A program made the position numbers and the translations under genes. The notes under the pieces were generated by a model that searched no databases, had not been told where the DNA came from, and saw nothing but the letters and a program-made list of their open reading frames with translations. Below, piece after piece: positions 26,873 through 37,596 of a DNA stretch of 64,000 nucleotides (its first letter is position 1; the number at the start of each line of letters is the position of its first letter). Location: contig JAPETS010000034.1 of NCBI GenBank assembly GCA_026023565.1, forward strand, positions 62,001 to 126,000, in the 5' to 3' direction. Source of the stretch: Cirrosporium novae-zelandiae (taxonomy: Eukaryota).

Positions 26873-26910
<38 letters not shown>
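25851..26910 (+). mobile_element. 5'-truncated, decayed non-LTR retrotransposon (Tad1-like) with RNase H, C-terminal zinc-binding region, 3' UTR and (ATC)12 tail
   Basis: RNase H C-half VTIRWVPGHHGVPGNEAADQAAK, then LHQLRTGH and C*WCG...C, with stops and a frameshift. (ATC)12 at 26874-26909. Confidence 0.88.
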
Positions 26911-27077
26911 ATAAACCCAAAATCAGGGGGGTTTAACGCCCACCACCTTTAGTTAAAAGCATACCCGTGTGGGGGGGGCGGAAGGGCTCAAAGCTTAGGC
27001 TGCAAGCCCTGAAGCCTTGTCTGCCATAGGTCTTAAGCGACATGCAGACATAAAACAATGAATTATCATCATCATCA
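26911..27077 (+). mobile_element. Second, diverged copy of the same retroelement 3' tail, with (ATC)4
   Basis: Aligns by eye to about 26729-26880 (shared caccacct(t)tagttaaaagca, aagcgacat, gacataaaacaatgaa). Ends in (ATC)4 at 27065-27076. Confidence 0.85.
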
Positions 27078-29945
27078 CGAACCAGCGGACCATCGGTCAT
27101 CTCATACTAAAAAGTCTGCTCGAACAATTTTGATTGAGGAACAGTTCACACCAAAAGGGACATGCCTGAACCCTGTGAACAAAACCAAATACTTCCTTTA
27201 CGCCTATGCCCGCATATGCATAGGATGCATCGGTATAGAACTAGTACTCGAACCCGAGCCGCATTACAAATTCGATATGGAGCTAAGCGGGGCTCCTAGG
27301 GATGGGAGGCCAGGCACGCCAGTAGATGTTCTAGTAGTAGACTGCTGAGTCCCATGAGTAAGATGTTTAAAAGTCTGAAGGGGCGCTAAATAAAGGCCGA
27401 CCTAGAAAATGCAAGCCCTGAGACGTTCGCTTTGGGATCCTGCTTTAACTACGCGCCGAGTATTCGCGCTATCGAGGTCCGGCAGGATCGTAACCAAAGG
27501 GAGTCGTTGCATTAATCGAATTATTATGGCACCCAAAAAATTATTAAAAAAGGTGGAGAATGGTTTTGAGGAGAACATGGACGTTGATACCCCGACAGAT
27601 GAGGCCTGGGCCTCATCCGCTGATGGTGTCAAGCTCTCCAAAGAAAAATTTTCGTTTGACAACCCAAAGGGCGCGCCGATCCACCCCGTCATACGGGGTA
27701 GGAAACGCAAGTCCGATCTTTCGGAGAGGGAAAAGAACAAATCCCCTTCCATCCGTAACCCGATCCCTAAACCCATCAAGAGTCGTACCGCCACGCCTTC
27801 CGAGGCGGATACGCTCGAAAGTAGGGAGGAGGAGAAAGCTAAAGCGACCCCCTTGGAGGAAACTCCGGAGGAAAAACACCGAGGAAAAAATGCGGAGAAG
27901 AAAGCGGCGCGGAAATCGAAAACGACGGCTACCAAGGCCACGGAAAAAATGTCGGTCGAGGACAAACCAGTCTCGAAGGAGTCGGAGAAAAAGTCCAAGA
28001 TCAAAGAACCGGAAAAGCCCCGCATAGTTACTGCCTTTAGACGAGCTATGAGGAGCGGTTACTACATGTTGGCAACCAAATGCCACGCTGGAGACCCCGA
28101 GATTGGCCGGGAGGGGTTCATTCGAAAATGGACCGACGTCCGTGCCAAACAAGGGGGTGGTAGGCTTCCGGAGATAAAGGCGGTTCTTGTCTTCGGAAAA
28201 GAAATTGCCATCGAATTCAACTCTGCTGAGGATGCCAACGCTGTGGAAGGGGAAAAGTTTGAGAATGGTTCAGGTCACTGGATCCACCTCAAGCGAAATA
28301 TGGTTGCCACCGCAATTATTTTTTCTATCCGGAAAGCATCCCTTAGCAGTGCTGACGATGTAATGAGTGCGTTTAAGAAGAAGTTTCTGGTGGATAACTT
28401 CCGGCTGTACCAGGGATTGATCTCAGGAATTGGGACCCACGACTGGGCAGCTGAATTCTTGGAGCTACCATATACGACAATAAGGACGGTGGAGATCCCA
28501 GAGACAGAAGTGGAGGGAAAGGGTGCATGGAGCTGCTAAGTCGTCGCAGAAAGCTCTCCATGCCATTTTTGTAACCAACATGAACACGAGCAATGTGCCG
28601 CCGCGTGCGGTAGTCTGAAGTTCATGGGGGCTACAAATCATGTACCTATACACCCCCCCCCCCCTCTCCTAAAAAATGAATAGTACAAATAATAGAATAA
28701 TAATTGCATCCGTGAATATAAATGGAGCATTTGACCGCGACCGGATGCGAAGAGTGTATATATGGATGTTGGCTAACGATGTAGCCGTAATGGTGTTGCA
28801 GGATACCAGAGTAACAAATGAAAGAGCTGATGAATTTAGAGACGATTTCCTTAAAGCCGAGATAATATCCTCTATAGGGACAGATATTTGGTCAAGTATA
28901 ATAATAATGATTAATAAAGAGAGCGAGTTTGGGGCAAAGAAACGTGAAAACGATGAACAACTGGGGTGACACCCAGGGACGAGTCCTGATTGCTCCGGTA
29001 AAAACCCAGAGGGAGCAGTTTGTGGTTGAGTGTGTATACGCTCCACCGAACGAGAGATCAAGGAGGGAGTGGAGGTCGACCTTTCGAAAGGCTGCGGAGA
29101 GAAACTCGATTGATAGGCCTAAATGTGATTTTCTCTGCGGGGATTGGAATATGGCGATCAATCGGGATGACAGTAACTCGAGGCGGACCACCTCTTAAGA
29201 AGATATGGAGGTTCATACCGAAATTTTAGAGATGCTAGGCGACGGGGGGACGGATTTCACAGATGGGTGGCGAATATACCACCCTGATAAGAAAATCTTT
29301 ATCCACGATAACACAGCACTCCGAAATAGGGAAGGCGTTGGCAAAAGCTGAATAGATAGAATATATGTTTGAAGGGATTGGTACCTTAGTGCAAAACATT
29401 GGGATATTATCCCCACGATATTATCTGATCACAGCATAGTAAAGACTGAATATTGTCTCCGAAACCCCCTTTTCGGAAGGGGTAGATGAGGCTGTAAGGA
29501 AGATTTTTGGAGGTTCCAAGCGCTATTCAGGAATACTGGCGGTGCTTCAAAAGGCTGTTTGGACCCATGATTGAAAGAGCCCCAGATGACCGGGAGATGA
29601 CCCAAGAAGATAGCCAAAAAGTCCTCAAAATGTGGAAAAAGGCCAAAGACGACCTACAGGAGGCGATAACGACGAGACAACAAATGGATTGGCGACGGTT
29701 AAGATCTCAAAAGCATACCCTCAGGATGAAGGCCCAGTCAAGCTAGAGACCTGAGGAGGAAGCCATGATGTACAGGATAGAACTTGAGGAAGAAGACCAT
29801 AAGGATTATTGCTATACGGAATTTGTTTAGGAACATTTTTACGAAAAAGTCAAAATATCACAAGGTAATTAGTGCTAGGGCATAGACTAATGTCCTAACC
29901 CAATCGGGAATATGGTAGGGAACCGTATAACAGAGAGGCCATGAT
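27078..29945 (+). mobile_element. Decayed L1/Tx1-like non-LTR retrotransposon: 5' leader, ORF1 (27526-28683, zinc knuckle), ORF2 APE endonuclease (from 28676); truncated before the RT
   Basis: ORF1 is Lys/Glu-rich with in-frame CHFCNQHEHEQC after a premature TAA. ORF2 motifs: IASVNING, VLQDT, VYAP, GDWN, DGWRIYHP, S*IDRIYV, LSDH, GRGR* (G.G.W linker). Many stops and frameshifts. Boundaries approximate. Confidence 0.8.
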
Positions 29946-30559
29946 ATTTATTTTGACCAGATCGCTTTTAACCATCCATATACTATATAGGTCCGAACTG
30001 GTAGTAAATAATCTAATAAATGTATGATGTCCATCGGACGAGGTTGAATTTCACCCTCAAAGTAGGACTTGGATTCGGAGATACGAGTGGTCAAAGCGCG
30101 ATGTTTATGGGCTTTGCCGCAGACCCTTTCCTGCAGTATCGTCACCAATCCTATCAAGCTATCCACACAACCCTTCTATCTTTTGGCTAGCTACTATTAA
30201 TGCTATCAACGCACTGTCTACATGCAAAGAATTTGGTAATAGAAGATCCACGACCTAGAGAGCCACAATCTACCCTACATGTCAACCCCGCCACAGGATA
30301 ATAAGAAATCTTTACTCTTATCGTCAAGGACAGATTATCTGTAGGCAAGATAGCACCGTCATATAGATAAGACTGATAGCAATCATGTATTCAATTTCAG
30401 AATGCTGGCCATTCTCCGTATATCTATTTAACCTTTTCAGGCTCTTCTTTTGTTACTCCTTGCTTGCTGCCTACTTGGTTTTGCTCTTGAGGCATAAGAG
30501 CTAGAATTTCTGATTGGTTGCTTTTATTGAATTGAAATTTGCCGACACTGTGTTATACA

Positions 30560-32708
30560 ATGGAGAAAGAAGATATTGATGTTGAGAGCAAGCGGGTGGA
30601 CGATTCCGCTCAAGTCGATGATGCGCTCCGATACCTCAATCATGAAGATACTACTATAATGTCTGAGATTGATGAAAAAAAGCTTGTTCGAAAGATAGAC
30701 TGGATGATTGTTCCTCTTATGTGGTATGCTTGAGCTTGCTATTGCAACTTGGAACAAAAGGCGAGTGGCATGCTCACAGGTTTCAAGGTGCTGCTACAAT
30801 CTACAATATCTTGATAAGACATTAAGTATATATCTATATTAAATATGCTTACTCACAATTACATACTAATCTCCTTCTAGTCAATTATGCCGCCGTGATG
30901 GGGTAGGCCCCCTGACGACGTCTTTAATTTCAGATACTTATTCTTCAAGGCTGAAATCTGATACCAATATCGACACGGCAAGTTTTCAATAAGAAAAGAA
31001 GGCGGGTGACAAATCACTTGGGCGGAATTTATTCCTATATCCTTTGAAAGTCTCTTTAAGATGTCAAAGATAACATCGATTAATGGATGACTTCTTAGAA
31101 TTGGATGTCCATCCAAGCCAAGGATTTTGTCGCTCGTCTTTTATTTTTGAACTTTATGGATTTCTAATTCCAACCCAGGACCAATTTTCGCTGCTAGCCC
31201 TCGTCTTTTATGTCACTTACCTCGCCTTCGAACTACCAACGGGATATCTCATGCAACGACTTCCCACTGCAAAGTATTTAGGGGTCAATGGTATAGATCC
31301 ACAGACATTGTTGATGCGGCCTGGCTGACACAGAGCAGTTATCCTTTGGGGCCTTATAGTCGCTTGCAATGCGGCTGCAGACAATTTTGGTGGTCTCATC
31401 GCCCTGAGGGTAATGCTGGGTTGCTTTGAGTCCTCTGTCGCACCTGCGTAGGTGTTGGGAGAATTTCTTCCTTGTTGGTACTTCTGATAACTTTCTAGAC
31501 TGAATTTGATCACGACTATGTGGTATAAGAAGAATGAACAACCTCTCCGAGTAGGATTTTGGTATGTAGGTAAGTGTAGCTGATCGATAAATTTTAGATT
31601 AAACGCATGCTAAGTTGTCAATAAGGAACTGGAACTGGGACCATCATAGGAAGTTTGCTTTCATTTGGCTTTCAACATTATAGGGGAAGTTCGTTTCATT
31701 CTTGGCAAATCATGTTCCTGGTGGTGGGTTTGGTGACCATAACTGTTGGGATAGTGGTGGTTTTCTTATTGCCCGATAATCCTATGAAGTCTCGATTATC
31801 ACATGATGAAAAGATATGGGCCATTGAAAGGTTGAGGGAAAACCAAACGGGTATTGAGAATAAGCGTTTCAAGCCTAAACAAGCATTAGAATGCTTCCAA
31901 GATGTGAAGACATGGCTCTTGGTGGTCATCACAATTGCATCAACTGTTCCAAATGGGGCTGTGAGCAGCTTTCAGGCAACAGTTATTAAGAGGTATGTGA
32001 CTAATACTTGCTTGTGTGACCCTAGCTTTGAGGCTCTTCCTTGGCCTAGTTGAACTTGCTCATTTCGTTTGCAGTCTAGGCTTCAGTTCAGAGCAAACGG
32101 CCTTACTTTCAATCCCAAGCGGCACAATTGGTTGTATCTCCGTTATGGGGGCCTGCTATTGTGCCAGTCGATTCAACCAACGTGCGATTTTTATTGTCCT
32201 TGTTCTATTACCCGGAGGAATTCTTGGGGGCGGCCTACTAGCGTTTCTACCTAGCGACTATAAAATCGGAAGACTGATGGGAAACTACTTGACTAATTGC
32301 ATCGGCGCTTCTCTCCCTCTCCTATACTCCTGGGTTGGTTGCAATTATGCTGGACACACCAAGAAAGTCACTATGAATGCTGTTCTCTTGATGGCCTTTT
32401 GTCTCGGGAATATCATTGGACCTGAAACATTCCGGGATAAGGATAAACCCGAGTACACTCCGGCTAAGATTGCTATAGTCGCTACTTGTGCTATTGCGAT
32501 TGTATTCACAATCATTCTGAGATTTGTATTGGCCGCAGAGAATAAGAGGAGGGATCAGAAGCATATGGGAGATCAGCATAAGGAGAACCAGGAATTTTTG
32601 GATATGACAGACAAGGAGAATCCGGAATTTAGGGTGAGTCCCTAAACTTGAAGATTAAGACAGGTTGAACTCGACTAACAAGGCTTCGGTGCTTAGTACA
32701 GGTTGTGA
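30560..32708 (+). CDS. MFS anion:cation symporter, Dal5/allantoate permease family; multi-exon, including a GC-AG intron
   Basis: KLVRKIDWMIVPLM, QYLDKT, INYAAVMG, WYKKNEQPLR, LPDNP, NYAGHTKK, GNIIGP, DMTDKENPEFR|YRL*. Confidence 0.9.
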
Positions 32709-33107
32709 GTAGGATGATAGGCTTGGAAAAGGTTTATATAGCATCTCCCTTCATTGTGGTAAGACTGATGACGTTAGTTATTCGTATTGATAAATAAATG
32801 GACGATATAAGAGAAAAGAGATTGATGATACCATAATAATGGACAGTAATGACCCTGCTAGAAATAATTATCTCTACTTAAAAAAATGATGCCTCAGGCA
32901 GAAAGATATAACTACGGGAAAAACAGGCTGACTAAGATCAGAAATCGGATCAATCATACCACCCATAATTCCGACTACAAGGCTCAAAGACCCCAACTTG
33001 CAAAGCTTCTACAGCTCCAACATTCAACTCAGGAAACAACTGGGTTCTTTGATCACCACTCCATAAAACTCCCCTCTCCCTCAATTGTAATTCAAATTAC
33101 TGAAATA

Positions 33108-34196
33108 ATGTTTCTATCACGCACTGCCGGTACTCTCGCTCGTCGCGCCGCTCCTCAGGCCCGCGCAGCAGTCGCTCGACGTGCCTTTACTATCTCTGTT
33201 GTCCGCAGTATGTTGTACCTGCTTTTTGTCTATGATCGGAAACCGCCGGTTGGACTTGAATTGGGATGGAGGAATTGAACAAAGATTTTTTTTATAATTG
33301 ACCATGATGCTGATGGATAACTGTGAGTACAGGAGATGCAAAGCACGACGTAGCTGCCACCCCGGCTGGTGAGGGAAAGATTAAGGTCTTCCACGGTACA
33401 TGATCCTAATTCCCGTCGTTCCTTTTATCCTTCCTCAAATCCCCCCTCCTCCGTCTCCCAACGACATGGAAAAATCTCGACAACCAAACCGCAATCAATT
33501 CATTCCCGCATAGAATACCTTGACTGATGCAAACACGTCTGCTAACAATATGATTGTCCTGTTCTCATAGAGGTTAAGACCGAAACCGATCTCCTTGCCC
33601 CCGGTGCCAAACCCGGCACCGTCCCCACCGATCTTGAACAGAGCACCGGTCTTGAACGATTGGAAATTTTGGGAAAGATGGAGGGCGTTGATATCTTTGA
33701 TATGAAACCCTTGGACTCCAGCCGTCTAGGTACGTAACATAGAATTTTACTATTTAAACAAGGAACAAAATAAGTCCATGATGGAGCATGTGAATCGTTA
33801 CTGGCTGCTGGAAGGAAGGCATCAGCTCCCACCCACTACCATTAACATTTCCCATTCCACATATTTACCACCAGCTCACCCTTCAAACCCCCAACTAACC
33901 CCCCGCCCCCCCTAGGCACCCTCGAAAACCCAATCATGGTCAAATCCATGGGCGACGAGCAATACGCTGGCTGCACCGGCGTCCCCGCCGACTCCCACCC
34001 CGTGAAATGGCTCACCATGACCCGCTCGGATCCTATTGAGCGCTGCCCCGAGTGCGGCAACGTCCTCAAGATGGAGTATGTTGGACCCGCCGACGACCCA
34101 CACGGTCATCATGTCGAACACTCCAATGGGAGATACAACCATAGCGAGCCGAAGATTATGGCGGATTTTATCCCCAAGGAATATCGGTGGACCTAG
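33108..34196 (+). CDS. COX4: Cytochrome c oxidase subunit 4 (fungal Cox4/COX5B-type, Zn-binding); 3 introns
   Basis: Presequence MFLSRTAG, PGAKPGTVPTDLEQSTGLERLEILGK, GCTGVPADSH, RCPECG. Confidence 0.95.
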
Positions 34197-34618
34197 GTGG
34201 TTGATGGATGGCTTGTGGGATACCCGTAGATGTGAGGAAGAATGAGAAGAAGAAGGGGAAGGGGTTTTTGTGTAGATATTTGATTAGTGAAGTCGAGGAA
34301 TAAATATCAGTCAGTCCATCAGTCAGTTAAATCAAGAAGTTGCTTTGTAGATTGTACTTGATTTTATCATCTGCTACTACACATGCACACCACCCCTTCC
34401 ATCTACTCTATCTATTATGGAGAGGGAATGAGACAGGATTTTTTCATACTCCCACATTTCACATTTCACCAGCTATAGCAACTAACTACTAGCTCGTTGG
34501 CCTACCAACTACCTAAGCTTCACAACACACTCCCACCTATTTTTATTTTAATTTCCATTTCGCCTCTCCGGCTACATATTCCATGGATCAATATTTCCAT
34601 GCCCTCCCTAAACTCGTC

Positions 34619-36747
34619 CTAAAACAAATCTGTCATAGCCCCATGACTCGCATCCCCAACCAACCTCGCATACTTCGCCAACACGCCCCTCGTCACATTC
34701 TTAACCGGTGGCTTCCACTCCCTGAGCCTCTTCTCCAACTCCTCTTCACCCACATCCACCATCTCAATCACGTTCCTCTCCGCATCAATGGTAACCAAAT
34801 CGCCATCTCTAACTAGCGCAATGGGGCCCCCGACCGCAGCTTCTGGACACACATGTCCGACAATGAACCCGTGACTAGCGCCAGAGTAGCGGCCATCGGT
34901 TACGAGTGCGATGTTAGTTAGCTTGGCGCCCATAATAGCAGCGCTCGCTTTTAGCTGTTCGGGCATACCGGGCCCGCCTTTGGGGCCTTCGTAGCGGACG
35001 ATGAGGACGAGGTTCGGGGAATGGGGGATCTGGCCTGCATTCAGCGCAGCGTCGAGGGCGGATTCCTTATCGAAGACTTTGGCGTGACCTGTGAAGACAC
35101 GGCCTTCCTTTCCGGTTATTTTTGCGACGGCGCCGTGGGGTGCGAGGTTGCCGTAGAGGATTTGGATGTGGCCGGTTGATTTTATGGGGTCAGTAAGGGG
35201 CCGGATGATGGGTTGGTCTGGTGGCAGGGACGGGAAGGAGGAGACGTTTTCGGAGAGGGTCTTTCCGGTGACGGTGGGGATGGTACCGTTGAGAAGACCG
35301 GCCGCGATGAGGAGTTTTTGAACTGAGGGAACGCCGCCGATTTCGTAGAGGTCCGCCATGTAGTATTTTCCTGAGGGAGCGAGGTCGGCGATGAAGGGAA
35401 TTTTGTCCGAGACCCGCTGGACGTCAGCGAGGGTAAGGGGGACGCCAGCTGTAGTTGCCATGGCAAGGAAGTGCAGAACGCCGTTTGTGGAGCCGCCGAG
35501 GGCCATGGTCATGACGAGGGCGTTTTCGAACGCTTCTTTTGTGAGGAGTTTTCTGGGCGTGATGTTTTTCTCCATGCAGATCTTTATGGCTGCTGCTACT
35601 TTGATGCATTCGCGCATCTTGGCTGGCGATGTTGCTGGTGTGGATGAGGAGCCTGGGAGCGTAAGTCCCATAGACTCGATGGCTGTAGCCATCGTGTTGG
35701 CGGTATACATTCCACCACAGGCACCTGCCCCTGGGCACGCATGACGCTCGATATCTGTCATAATTTCGTCCCTGGTAGCATCTGTGGGACCGCCGTCAGC
35801 GGTTGGTTGACAGAGAGTGTTGTAGTTATATGCTCCCTGGGCTTCATATGCGGTGGAAACATTGATGGGTTTACGAAGGAGCTTGGAATAGCCAGGCTGG
35901 ATGGTGCCGCCATAAATCATGATGGAGGGACGCTTTTGTAGTGGTTAGTCTTTAGTATATTCGGAAAGCCCATCTGGCAAATACATTATGGCGAGCCATC
36001 CCCATAACACTTCCCGGCATGTTTTTGTCGCAGCCAGGGATTGCGATACAGGCATCGTGGAATTGGGCGCAGGTTACGGTTTCAATGCTGTCAGCGATTA
36101 TTTCCCGGGTTTGGAGGGAGAAACGCATTCCTAGTGCCATAAATTTACAATCATTCTCAAGATGTAGTCTTCGGGAAAATACCTTCTCCGCCCATGGTAA
36201 TAGCATCAGATACGCCAATGGTATTATACTGCCAACCAAGCATTCCCTGCTTTATGACTGCATCTTTGACTGTTTTCCCCAAATCCAGCACTATTATACT
36301 AAGTCAATTGAGATCTTTAACTTTCAATAGCAATCAGGGGCATGAAAGCTCATCGATTTTCATGATTTTGTCAAGCGTACAGTGCATGCTAAATCAATTA
36401 TATCAGTGTTTCAATCGCCAATTAAGAAACACCGAGACCCCGTACTTGCAAGGATTTCCCTCCCACCATACACTTGCGATCCCAATATGAGGATTGGTCT
36501 TCATTGATTCTTCGTCTGGGACGCCTGCAGCATATAGCATTGCCTGAATGCTTCAGCAACCGAGATAGAAGCTAAGGTAGATAACTAGTCATACCTGGGC
36601 CCCGGGGTACTCATGGCCCTTGGTAATTGTGTGAGAATACTTATTTAGCACCGGTTTTCCATCTCGAGTTGCATCTTCGGGGAGATGAGGAAATTCGATG
36701 TATTTAGGCTCTTCCAAGCCCTTAAACTCGGTGGCTAAAGCACCCAT
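34619..36747 (-). CDS. Dihydroxy-acid dehydratase (IlvD/Ilv3 family) paralogue; multi-exon, with an 8-nt microexon
   Basis: [73 protein letters not shown]. Confidence 0.92.
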
Positions 36748-37596
36748 CTTGCATTAAGAGGTCTACAAAAGGTTCCTTGTTAAGAAACTAGGAAGGTCAA
36801 TGGGAAAAGAGGACGTTGAGGAATTGATAAATTAACAAATGAGGAAGAAATTCTGAGGGAGATGTTCAAGATAAGGCTATCAGATGATTCTGGATCGGTC
36901 CAAGGTAGCACGGTTCTTCAGTTTGTGCAATAGTCGAACAAGAGGGTCAATTGGAGAATTGACTTCAAAGTTAGGAAAATAAGAAAGGAAGACAGCAATG
37001 GGAAGGGTTCGGTATATAACAAGGAGAAATGCAGAAGACTTGATGGCAATCATGTAGCCCCACTTTGGCTGCAATCAACTCCATGTACCCCGCTGTCGGC
37101 GTATGACTTCGTGGGATACTTGACCGAGTTGCCTTGGAAGTATTGTGAAGCCTCGTTGCAGCATCCTCTTCTTTGTTAAAGGGAAGGATAGCGGTTAAGG
37201 TCTATGATGAGTTTCGCAGATAGGCATATAGATTAGAATATCAAATCAGATCAAATACCCACATAGTCAAGCAACGAATAAAGCAGTCATCAGTGTTGTC
37301 GATGGTTTCTTGCAATGACGTCTGATTTGATGTTGGGGAAGTTCGGGAATTGAATTGAGGTTGAAGATGAGGAGGTATATCTAATCAGATTGTGGCCTGA
37401 GGCATAAGCAACTATAGCCTAATATACATGAACTTCCTAGCCAAGGCTCGTAAAAGTAAAATGTAGATCGATAGATATCTAGATGATAGTAATATAATAT
37501 TAATGTTATAACTTATTATTCATAATTCGTGTTTAGACATATATAATAGAGTCTGTCGTCAAAACATCTTCAGATCCCAACGCTTCCTCAAACCCC

